A stretch of DNA of 64,000 nucleotides, taken from NCBI GenBank assembly GCA_963674595.2, contig CAXXFV010000003.1, positions 1 to 64,000 of the forward strand, in the 5' to 3' direction. This stretch comes from a bacterium. Its GTDB lineage: Bacteria > Zhuqueibacterota > Zhuqueibacteria > Residuimicrobiales > Krinioviventaceae. Below, piece by piece: positions 41,428 to 51,800 of the stretch. Numbering within the stretch: position 1 is the first letter of the stretch; the number at the start of each line of letters is the position of its first letter. The notes under the pieces were generated by a model. That model did no database searches and was not told the DNA's origin. It was given only the letters and a program-made list of their open reading frames with translations. Made by a program: the position numbers and the translations under genes.

Positions 41428-41712
41428 ATGAGGTCAATTATGAAAGCAAAGAAAAGAGAACCTGTTGAATATACACTGAATTTAAGCTGTGAAATCAACT
41501 TTGATTTATTGATGATTATCGAAGCAGCATGTATTTTTCAGAAAGCTTTTATTTCTTTATTGTTAAAAGACAAGAATTTCACTATCTTAAAATACAAAGG
41601 CTGCTCTGGTGCTTATGTTGATATTCAACAAGCTCTTTGCAGTTCTTTTACGTCACCCTCTGGTTTGCGACGTTTGGCGACAGAACAGACCAGGGGGTTT
41701 TATTTTAATTGA
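41428..41712 (+). CDS. hypothetical protein
   Basis: GAGG RBS before ATG 41439; no motif. Confidence 0.3.
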   Translation: MRSIMKAKKREPVEYTLNLSCEINFDLLMIIEAACIFQKAFISLLLKDKNFTILKYKGCSGAYVDIQQALCSSFTSPSGLRRLATEQTRGFYFN

Positions 41713-42019
41713 CCTGAAAATTCTGTTTTAACAGGGATCACGGATTTTCAGGTAAGAGCAATTTAATTCCATGATAGTTAAATGCTCTATGGTTTGAATT
41801 GTGTCCTGACAGATCAATGGATTAAATGACCTTTTATTTATTATTGATTTTAAATGTTTTTTTCTTTAAAATAAAAATCAGCATAACCATATAAAAATAA
41901 ATGTGTACGGAGTCTGTTCCCGGTCCGCAGAGGGTCACCAAATTATAGGATTAAAAATTAATATGTCCTATCGTACACATTACACCATAGTTTAATTAAT
42001 GTTATTATAAGTAGTTAAC

Positions 42020-42427
42020 ATGACAATGGCAAGAAAAGAATATAATAATCACATTTTTTTTGAAAATCTTTTACATCTGTGCAAAGAAAAAAATTGGTCC
42101 CCAAACAGATTGGCAAAAGAAACACATGTGTCAGCGTCTTTTATATCAAAAATTAAAAATCTGGGTGCACATCCATCGAATACGCTTTTATTAAATTTGT
42201 ACAATATTTTTTCAGACGAAACCAAAATATTAAATCCGTTTTGGCTTTTTTATAATGAAGGTCCGCAATACTTGTACCTGAAAAAAGAAAATATTTTAAA
42301 ATCAGATCCGCTTCAAAACGAACCCGATCAAATTGTTCAGACTGTTAAAAAGATTCGGACCCTCCCTAAAGTAAAACAGGATTCCTTATTACAAATTGTT
42401 AATGGATTTATTACATTTAATAAATAA
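42020..42427 (+). CDS. XRE-family HTH repressor (CI-like)
   Basis: NWSPNRLAKETHVSASFISKIKN...PS...LNPFWLFYNEG; divergent from the early operon. Confidence 0.8.
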   Translation: MTMARKEYNNHIFFENLLHLCKEKNWSPNRLAKETHVSASFISKIKNLGAHPSNTLLLNLYNIFSDETKILNPFWLFYNEGPQYLYLKKENILKSDPLQNEPDQIVQTVKKIRTLPKVKQDSLLQIVNGFITFNK

Positions 42428-42745
42428 TTTGAAATGTCTGGCCGCTAACAGAATTATATAAAAATTGTATTAATTTCTGTAAGGACCACCCCGGGGATAA
42501 ACTGATAAATTACTTGTCGAATTAAAATGTTAACTTACTACATACTGCTCTACCCATCCGGCTTTGGATCATTCCGGTGAATTCTAAAATTTAATCAAAT
42601 CAAATATTATTAATTAAAAGATTACAAGAAATCAGGGGTATAAAGAAAATCAAAGCGTCAATACACCTTTTGTGGTACATTTTCAACTACCCCTTCACAA
42701 AATGGGTTACATCCATTCAGTTAACAACTGTTTTAACTATTTTTT

Positions 42746-43657
42746 TTATACATTGCTGTGTGGTCGTACTTTAATTAACCTGTCAAATAAATCTGTCTTT
42801 GTAATATATTTTATCGAATCAAATCCCTTACCTTTCTCATCAATTTTAATCAACCCGAAATAATCCAAAAATCTATCAAAAGTCCGGATTGAATAGCATC
42901 TTGTTGAATAACTCTCCAACGTTCCATAAGTCGGTTCAATCAAATCTAATAAGTTAGGATATGCATTAAAATATTTCTCAGCGTAAAATGAATCCATTCG
43001 TTTTGCTTGTCCGAATTTAGACAACAGAATCAATGAAAATCCAAACCCAAGTTGCCCAATTTGATTATCACCATATCCGTCATAATAAGCCCAATTAAAT
43101 TTCATCGCAAAAGTCTCAAAAATACTTTTCAAAAGTAGAAAATTATCTTGTATCGTTTTTTCTCCGTTTTTAGTCAAACTTAATTTTCCACTCCGCTTTT
43201 TAACTAATCCAGTCAGTTCAATTAATATTCTTGAAAGATTCACCGTCATTGAATCAGTCTCTTTACGCAACTTCGAAATCCCCTTTTCAATGTGTTCCTC
43301 CTTCATAAAGCCCTGTTGATAAAGCTCTGAAACAACTTTTGTCGGTAAAAATCCCTTGTTCGTTAGTTTAATTTCCCCATTTTTCGCAACCAAATCCGTT
43401 AAATATTTAATCTGATTGAGTATTGGAATTTTTTTTAAATCAGAATCAGAAAGTTTTTGAATTTTAATCGGACTTTCCGTTCCAAATGTGAAATGTAATA
43501 TATGGTGCATTTCAAACGGAGAATATCCTTCAAATTCAGGAATAGACCGATTGTTATGCTCAACCATAACCTTGTTTATATGTTTTTGTATGTCTTCTAA
43601 ATCCATGCAGTTATCTCTTAATTTGCTGCTAGTATGCAAAATAACGGTTGTGTACAC
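42746..43657 (-). CDS. conserved hypothetical protein
   Basis: Long ORF (likely ATG 43606): FEGYSP-x2-MH, KLTNKGFLP, FNWAYYDGY. Confidence 0.7.
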   Translation of the reverse strand: MYTTVILHTSSKLRDNCMDLEDIQKHINKVMVEHNNRSIPEFEGYSPFEMHHILHFTFGTESPIKIQKLSDSDLKKIPILNQIKYLTDLVAKNGEIKLTNKGFLPTKVVSELYQQGFMKEEHIEKGISKLRKETDSMTVNLSRILIELTGLVKKRSGKLSLTKNGEKTIQDNFLLLKSIFETFAMKFNWAYYDGYGDNQIGQLGFGFSLILLSKFGQAKRMDSFYAEKYFNAYPNLLDLIEPTYGTLESYSTRCYSIRTFDRFLDYFGLIKIDEKGKGFDSIKYITKTDLFDRLIKVRPHSNV

Positions 43658-44718
43658 TCATTTTTTTTATTTAACGAAAATAATAGTAAAAAAACAATTA
43701 TTATTTAAATCAAATAACCAGGTATAAATAAAAAACGGACCAATGAGCGACAATGCACTATAATGAAGGCAGGGCCGGGTACTCCATATCCTTCGGTTAG
43801 TACGATGCGGTCAGAGGTCCGATAAAGTCTCAATCCCTCCATAGAAATCAAGTCTCTACTCATAATTTCCGATCTTAAAATGTCTCAATCTCAGCGGAGT
43901 GTAGCGACGTAAGGCCGCCTGCCATAGGGTATTGCTTTTGAAACATTGCAAAGTACCTCATAAAGAACAGCTCTTTTGAACCAGCCTCAAACGGCCCCTC
44001 CGTAGTAATTAGGTCTATTTCCACGGAGGATATGATTAATTTACTTAATCAAATAAATGGTTTTGTGTCTCAATCCCTCCGTGTTGATTAGGTCTATTTC
44101 CACAAAGCCGGACCGATGAGGCGCTTACTCGTGCCCAGAAGTCTGTCTCAATCCCTCCGTAATGATTAGGTCTATTTCCACAAAAGAATCAGGCAGTTTC
44201 TAAACGGTTTAAAGAAAGGTCTCAATCCCTCCGTAATGATTAGGTCTATCTCCACAGTGGTATAAATATTACTTTAGTAGCCCGATTTTTAGTCTCAATC
44301 CCTCCGTGGTGATTAGGTCTATTTCTACATTAATATTGATTTGAATGACAAACAGTACTGTTTTAAAGGTGTCTCAATCCCTCCGTGGTGATTAGGTCTA
44401 TTTCTACTCGAAGAAACAGACAAAAAGGCATTCGGTGAACAAACCAAGTCTCAATCCCTCCGTGTTGATTAGGTCTATTTCCACTATTGACGATTGCGAG
44501 TGGGTTTATTTTATCCATCGTGGCAATCCGTCTCAATCCCTCCGTGTTGATTAGGTCTATTTCCACGGATTGAAATGAAAATAATAGACAATCACGCTTG
44601 TGTCTCAATCCCTCCGTAATGATTAGGTCTATTTCCACAAATAAATATTAAGCTTGCTATATTTTAGTGGACACAAAGTTAAGCACTTTTTATATTATAA
44701 ACCAAAGGAGGTGTCCAC

Positions 44719-45015
44719 ATGACAAACAGAAGACGACGTTACACAAAAGAATTCAAAATAGAAGCTGTTCAGCTTGTACTTTCTAAAAGCAATGGTAATG
44801 CTTCAGAAGTTGCCAGAAATCTTGGTATTGAGCCTAACCTTCTCTCCAAGTGGGTTCGAGAATACAAAATTGATAAAGAACATTCCTTTCCAGGACTAGG
44901 GAACAGCAAAGAAAGTGATGAAATACAGAAACTGCGTAAAGAACTTGCAGACGTAAAACTGGAGCGGGATATATTAAAAAAAGCTGTGGCCATTTTCTCA
45001 AAACCGTCCCATTAA
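44719..45015 (+). CDS. IS3 transposase OrfA
   Basis: RRYTKEFKIEAV...VARNLGI...ERDILKKA; A7G slippery run near 44976. Confidence 0.95.
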   Translation: MTNRRRRYTKEFKIEAVQLVLSKSNGNASEVARNLGIEPNLLSKWVREYKIDKEHSFPGLGNSKESDEIQKLRKELADVKLERDILKKAVAIFSKPSH

Positions 45016-45056
45016 AGTTTGGGTTTATCCAAAAGCATCAACAGGAATTCCCAATA

Positions 45057-45878
45057 GTGAAAATGTGCCAGGTTCTCAATGTCAGCCGGGGCGGGTTTTA
45101 TACCTGGAGCAAGCGACCAATGAGTCAACGAGAACTGGAAAACAAAAAGATACTTGAACGGATCAAACATATCCACAAGGAATCCAGAGGAAGCTATGGC
45201 AGTCCCAGAATAACACAAGAGTTACATAAGGAAAACTTGATTGTCAGCCGTCCGCGTGTTGCTCGTTTAATGAGAAAGAACAAAATTTGTGCAAAAACAA
45301 AACGTAAATTCAAAGTAACCACAAATAGTGATCACAGACTGCCAATATCACCAAATCTTTTACAACAGAATTTTACAGTCAATCAACCCAATAAAGTCTG
45401 GGTTTCTGATATTACATACATCCCGACTCGCAAAGGATGGTTGTACCTGACAGTGATCATTGATTTATACAATCGCCAGGTTGTCGGCTGGGCCATGAGT
45501 AACAACCTGCATGCTTCTTCAACAACAATCCCGGCCCTAAAACATGCATATCATCGTTTTCGTCCTTCAACAGATTTGATTTTTCATTCGGACCGTGGTG
45601 TTCAATATGCATGTAAAGAATTCAGAAAAATGTTAGCTCTTTTTCAAATGGTCCAAAGTATGTCCGGAAAAGGAAACTGCTACGACAACGCTGTTGCTGA
45701 AAGCTTTTTTGGTACTTTGAAAAAAGAACTGATTTATCATCATACTTATGAAACACGATTAATTGCGAAGCAATCAATATTTGAATATATTGAAATATTT
45801 TACAACCGAAAAAGAATTCATTCCTTTTTGGGCAATATGTCACCAGTACAATTCTTAAAATTTAATAAAGCAGCTTAA
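45057..45878 (+). CDS. IS3 transposase OrfB (DDE), -1 frame to OrfA
   Basis: WVSDITYI, HSDRGVQY, CYDNAVAESFF. Confidence 0.95.
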   Translation: MKMCQVLNVSRGGFYTWSKRPMSQRELENKKILERIKHIHKESRGSYGSPRITQELHKENLIVSRPRVARLMRKNKICAKTKRKFKVTTNSDHRLPISPNLLQQNFTVNQPNKVWVSDITYIPTRKGWLYLTVIIDLYNRQVVGWAMSNNLHASSTTIPALKHAYHRFRPSTDLIFHSDRGVQYACKEFRKMLALFQMVQSMSGKGNCYDNAVAESFFGTLKKELIYHHTYETRLIAKQSIFEYIEIFYNRKRIHSFLGNMSPVQFLKFNKAA

Positions 45879-48800
45879 ACTTAACTAGGTGTCCATTTTT
45901 TTATTGCAATTTCATATTGCCATGCTCATAGAACATGCAGAAAGATAGTCTCAATCCCTCCGTAATGATTAGGTCTATTTCCACTTGAGTTTCATGATCA
46001 TGTGAAACGTAAAATCCCACTGTCTCAATCCCTCCGTAATGATTAGGTCTATTTCCACAAAGCTGAGCTTTGGTGATGCTGGTGGCATTGATGCAGTCTC
46101 AATCCCTCCGTAATGATTAGGTCTATTTCCACTAGAATAATTAGAATTGCGGTTTCACCCTTTTAAAATGTCTCAATCCCTCCGTAATGATTAGGTCTAT
46201 TTCCACGGGAATTGGATTAGAATTGTACCAAACTGAGTATTTTAGTCTCAATCCCTCCGTAATGATTAGGTCTATTTCCACTTCTTATGCCGGTGGAAAA
46301 GCAACAAAAATCACGGTTGAACAGTCTCAATCCCTCCGTAATGATTAGGTCTATTTCCACTCTTAATGGTGATGTTCGCACAAAATTGCACAAAATTGAA
46401 GTCTCAATCCCTCCGTAATGATTAGGTCTATTTCTACTCTCTTGTAACAGCACACAAAGAAATAAAATCAATTCTCACAAAGTCTCAATCCCTCCGTGGT
46501 GATTAGGTCTATTTCTACAAGAAATAAAAGAAAGTCGCGACGAATATCGCAAACTTTGTCTCAATCCCTCCGTGGTGATTAGGTCTATTTCTACATAGAC
46601 ATCTCAACATCAAAAGTGCAAGTAACTGCGTCTCAATCCCTCCGTGGTGATTAGGTCTATTTCTACTTGGAGCGGTAGCCTTGTGTTTTACAATGGCCGC
46701 TGGTCCAAAATGTCTCAATCCCTCCGTGGTGATTAGGTCTATTTCTACACCTCATAAAAATAGAGCTATTGACTCTACCATTACCAGTCTCAATCCCTCC
46801 GTGGTGATTAGGTCTATTTCTACATTTACTGCCGTGCAGTTTTCCTTCTTTTAAATCACTCAAAGTCTCAATCCCTCCGTGGTGATTAGGTCTATTTCTA
46901 CAACACCTTACCTCTAATATCATGTCTTGAAAGAAATTCCAGTCTCAATCCCTCCGTGGTGATTAGGTCTATTTCTACCTTAACTGTGAAAGAGTTGGCA
47001 CTAAGGATTCTAACTGTGAAAGAGTTGGCAAGAATGTCTCAATCCCTCCGTGGTGATTAGGTCTATTTCTACAAAAGTGGCGTGACGATTGGTATTTAAA
47101 CCTTAATAACGACGTCTCAATCCCTCCGTGGTGATTAGGTCTATTTCTACCGCACCGGAAATTTTGTATAAAATAGCTGCTATTCCGCAGTCTCAATCCC
47201 TCCGTGGTGATTAGGTCTATTTCTACCATTCGTACTGATTGCTGAAAAGTTATTTGGTTGGTCTGGGTCTCAATCCCTCCGTGGTGATTAGGTCTATTTC
47301 TACTCTTTTTATTGGCTATCGTTGCGTTGAATGGTTGCTGTCTCAATCCCTCCGTGGTGATTAGGTCTATTTCTACGTATTTAATACACGTCAATACAAA
47401 TACGGCGTTGATGACCGTAAAAAGTCTCAATCCCTCCGTGGTGATTAGGTCTATTTCTACCACAATCATAAATGTTTTGGAGCACAGAAAGAAATAAGTA
47501 TTGTCTCAATCCCTCCGTGGTGATTAGGTCTATTTCTACACCTTCAAGACCATCAAGCTTGGCACCCTGAAGGACGTTGCCGGTCTCAATCCCTCCGTGG
47601 TGATTAGGTCTATTTCTACACGATTGAAGTACTAACACTGTCATTGGTCCCAATACCGTCTCAATCCCTCCGTGGTGATTAGGTCTATTTCTACAAGATA
47701 AATTTTTTGATTCACTAAAATCAAGTAGCGTATGTCTCAATCCCTCCGTGGTGATTAGGTCTATTTCTACAAATTCAATATTAACTTGGGAATTAAGTTC
47801 TCAAAAGAAGTCTCAATCCCTCCGTGGTGATTAGGTCTATTTCTACTTTTTAATAAAATTGGAATTAGGTTGTGACAATTGGATGTCTCAATCCCTCCGT
47901 GGTGATTAGGTCTATTTCTACAAAACCAGATGGAACATCATATTACGCAATCAATTCTGATGTCTCAATCCCTCCGTGGTGATTAGGTCTATTTCTACCT
48001 AACGACGAAGCGCTAAGTGTTATCTTCCGGGAAGGATTGAGTCTCAATCCCTCCGTGGTGATTAGGTCTATTTCTACATGGCTTGATGCCAGGTTGTCCG
48101 TATGGGTTGACGAACAGATCGAAAAGTCTCAATCCCTCCGTGGTGATTAGGTCTATTTCTACCACATCGTCACTGTCCGTCTCAGCAGAATTGGCAATGT
48201 CTCAATCCCTCCGTGGTGATTAGGTCTATTTCTACGACTTTTGGTCAACACATGCGTTGATTAAAAGGAAAGTCTCAATCCCTCCGTGGTGATTAGGTCT
48301 ATTTCTACAGCTTTTCAGAAGTTTGGGATTTAGTTGCTCAAGTTAAAGTCTCAATCCCTCCGTGGTGATTAGGTCTATTTCTACAGGTATAATAAAGGGG
48401 AAGAGAAAGAACAAAAATTTGTCTCAATCCCTCCGTGGTGATTAGGTCTATTTCTACTGCCGATCTTGTTGATGCATTCAAGGCCAGAATGAAAGAGCGG
48501 TCTCAATCCCTCCGTGGTGATTAGGTCTATTTACCACTACTTAATATGAACAGCAAACTCTGGAAACAATCGCCAAAAAAAGTCTCAATCCCTCCGTGGT
48601 GATTAGGTCTATTTCTACTTAAAGCTTTGCCGGACCGTATTCGGTATGCAATGCTGTCTCAATCCCTCCGTGGTGATTAGGTCTATTTCTACTCTTTCTC
48701 AGGATTAAAAGCGTCTCTTTTCGGAGATGAGTCTCAATCCATCCGTGGTGATTAGGTCTATTTCTACCCATTTGCAATAGTGAATTTTGAACAAGATATT

Positions 48801-50132
48801 AAGCGTCTCAATCCCTCCGTGGTGATTAGGTCTATTTCTACATATTCGTTAAATCAATAATGGCTTTACCGGCTTTAAAGGTCTCAATCCCTCCGTGGTG
48901 ATTAGGTCTATTTCTACGATGAGCTGGAGGAATTGTTTCAGGATTATCAGCTCTGGTCTCAATCCCTCCGTGGTGATTAGGTCTATTTCTACAGGAAGAG
49001 ATAAGAATGATCCAACAAGCTTACGGGGACCTTGTGTCTCAATCCCTCCGTGGTGATTAGGTCTATTTCTACTTTCTGGTAAAGTTGAGTTTGAAAGTTC
49101 AGAGAATACTGTCTCAATCCCTCCGTGGTGATTAGGTCTATTTCTACATCTTTAAATAACAGTGTAAAGATCTCGACCGGCGGTCTCAATCCCTCCGTGG
49201 TGATTAGGTCTATTTCTACGCTGAAAAAGTTGATCGTCAACTTAAGCACAGATGATGTCTCAATCCCTCCGTGGTGATTAGGTCTATTTCTACAAATAAT
49301 ACGTCTTCTCAGACCCAGCAGACCATAACGTCTCAATCCCTCCGTGGTGATTAGGTCTATTTCTACAAAAATTTACGACTGTTCCCTGGTTGTAAAAAGA
49401 CGTCTCAATCCCTCCGTGGTGATTAGGTCTATTTCTACAAGGATGTACGAATACACCCAACTCAGAAACCTGTTGCGTCTCAATCCCTCCGTGGTGATTA
49501 GGTCTATTTCTACAAATTAAAGAAGCTCAGAACCAAATTCTGAATACTTTGTCTCAATCCCTCCGTGGTGATTAGGTCTATTTCTACGAACATTTACTAA
49601 AAGACCTTAATGAAGCCGGAAAGATAAAGATGTCTCAATCCCTCCGTGGTGATTAGGTCTATTTCTACATTGCGGGTCCAGCAAGAACTCGTCTTCTAAC
49701 AAAACCTTGTTGTAAGTCTCAATCCCTCCGTGGTGATTAGGTCTATTTCTACTGGAATGGTATGGTACAGGTGCTTGGAGTAAGGTAAATGTCTCAATCC
49801 CTCCGTGGTGATTAGGTCTATTTCTACTGGAAATAATATCGCCGAGGTATCCCGCAGACTACAAATAAGTCTCAATCCCTCCGTGGTGATTAGGTCTATT
49901 TCTACTCCAAAAAGAGATTCCCTCTTTCAAAAATTTCTTTGTCGTCTCAATCCCTCCGTGGTGATTAGGTCTATTTCTACATAATATATTGTGCTTCTGT
50001 CTTTTAGTGCTTATGGTGATGTCTCAATCCCTCCGTGGTGATTAGGTCTATTTCTACACATGCTACACAGATTTGGAACAGACATGCTCAGAACCGTCTC
50101 AATCCCTCCGTGGTGATTAGGTCTATTTCTAC

Positions 50133-50341
50133 TGCCAGCTTTGCAACTCATTTATATTTAGATAGATACAAGGGTGATTACCGTTACCCCTTATTTTGGG
50201 CCACTTTTTGTGCATTTTTTCCCTTTTCTGGTTTAATTTTCTGTGCATTATTTAAATAATAATTAATTACTTACATTAAAGTCCGTTACCCCCTGTCAAA
50301 AAGTGCCGTATTTTTCTGGCATTTCGTTTGCATACACATTT
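50133..50341 (-). promoter_or_regulatory. CRISPR leader
   Basis: AT-rich, between cas2 and the first repeat; CCGTTACCCC twice (50181, 50283). Confidence 0.75.
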
Positions 50342-50617
50342 TTACGCAATGTAAATGTCTTTATCTTCCGTTATTTCCCCCTGACCCCATATTTTAATTT
50401 TGCTTTTACAGGTTTCACATATCGTATAGAGTCTGATGCTGTCGTTATCGTCCAGTTTAATTTTTGATAGCATGGTATCCATTTTTTCCAGTTCTTCCCT
50501 GGTAATATCTGCTTCAAATACTGAGTACTGAACGCGTGGCCCAAAATCTTTTAATTTTTTATGTAGCCGTGTGCGTTTTTTGTCTTTTTCTATATCGTAT
50601 GTAACAATTACCAACAT
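50342..50617 (-). CDS. cas2: CRISPR-associated endonuclease Cas2
   Basis: VTYDI, RVQYSVFE, DSIRLY-x2-C-x2-C. Confidence 0.97.
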   Translation of the reverse strand: MLVIVTYDIEKDKKRTRLHKKLKDFGPRVQYSVFEADITREELEKMDTMLSKIKLDDNDSIRLYTICETCKSKIKIWGQGEITEDKDIYIA

Positions 50618-50738
50618 AATCAATACCCGGCAGGCCGGAGTTCCTGCCTTTTTATGCCAAAGAACTGTTGTATCTTTACATGGTGTTTTTCATTATTTAT
50701 ATTATTTCTTTTTTTTGATCTGCTCTTCTATTATTAAA

Positions 50739-50767
50739 ATTGTAACAACATTTTTTGTATTTGTCAA
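50739..50767 (-). promoter_or_regulatory. internal sigma70-like promoter upstream of cas2
   Basis: TTGACA-N17-TACAAT right after the cas1 stop. Confidence 0.65.
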
Positions 50768-50768
50768 G

Positions 50769-51800
50769 TTAAAGTTTTAGAGGGGTATACATTGCATCAT
50801 GTTGGACTGTTTTGGCAAGTGCGGCAACCTGTGTTTGAAATTTTTTTCGGAATCCTGATTTTTCCGGGTGCATTGTATCGCTGTCAAATTGTCCAAGCAT
50901 TTGTTCGAATTGTTTGAAAAATACTTTCTTACCAGAAATGGATAAATAAACACCTCCGGTGGGTGGTTTATAAAAATCCTCTTCAGAAAGGGCATTGGTA
51001 TTAAAAAGATTTAATGCCAACCTGTCTATAAATCAATGACGGAATTCTTCCACAAGGTCTAAAGCCAAACTTGGTCGTCCATATTTTATTTGATGATAAA
51101 AGCCAAGATATGGATCAAATCCGATTCCATCCAGTAATGATTGCAACTCTGAAGATACAATAACATAGCCATAGGAGAGAACAGCATTTACCGGATCTTG
51201 TGGTGGTCTTTTTGTTCTGGCGTCAAAGTTCCACGGCGGTTTTATCATTTTGCTGAATAATTTAAAATAAAAAGCGCTGCCGCTACCCTCATATCCTCTC
51301 AGTTCATCCAAGTCTTTGGCATTTTCTGCTTTTGTTTTATAGTCTGAAAATTTTTGAACTTGCTGTGTGGTAAACAAACCCGGATGGTTTGCTAAATGTT
51401 TTTTTATGTTAATATATGCGCTGTTTAGTTTGGACGATACGATTTGTTTTGAAAAAGTGAGGCAAAAATCTGTTTGATGGAATTTTTCAAATTGAGCGAT
51501 TCTCAGTTCAATGTTCTTTTGTTTTGGAGGTGTTAATTGTCCTAATAATGTTCCTGTTAAGGTAAAAAAAGCAAGCTCAATGTTGTGGGTCAACAATTGA
51601 TGAATAGCCGGAGTTGTCACTTCAATATTCCCAAAAATCATGACCTGGTCTATATCAGCACACGGAAGATCCAGTTTTATATCATCCTGAGTGAGATGAG
51701 TTGTGGTGGTCTTTTTTGTTGACGGTTTTTTACATATAAGCAGCCGATCACCACTTTTTCGAAGTATCGTGTTTTGTTCAACAAGGTAAAGTGTAGCCAT
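50769..51800 (-). pseudogene. cas1: Cas1 with in-frame TGA at 51033-51035
   Basis: RGYEG, RPPQDPVNAVLSYGY, GFDPYLGFYH, SLALDLVEEFRH-TGA-FIDRLAL; both ORF pieces share one frame. Confidence 0.93.

Larger units (their letters stand above)
44649..45914 (+). mobile_element. IS3-family element inside a CRISPR spacer
   Basis: Imperfect IRs sharing TTGC...TGGACAC...GTTAAG; 3-bp TSD TAT at 44646-44648 and 45915-45917. Confidence 0.93.
43984..50132 (-). CRISPR. CRISPR array, about 63 intact 37-bp repeats plus a degenerate terminal repeat, interrupted by IS3
   Basis: Repeat GTAGAAATAGACCTAATCACCACGGAGGGATTGAGAC (minus strand); spacers mostly 35-48 nt; variant repeats at the low-coordinate (trailer) end. 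Confidence 0.99.

Noticed and set aside
43984-50132. Spacers targeting the resident prophage or cargo
   Set aside because: No convincing match by eye; the spacer near 48385 only loosely resembles 37675-37710. Needs a real alignment to exclude.
44363-50259. ORFs with repeated VEIDLITTEGLR / RNRPNHHGGIET
   Set aside because: Translations of CRISPR repeats, not genes
51033-51035. cas1 TGA as selenocysteine or a reassigned codon
   Set aside because: Not a Cys-type position, no clear SECIS-like hairpin, and TGA ends other genes in the window
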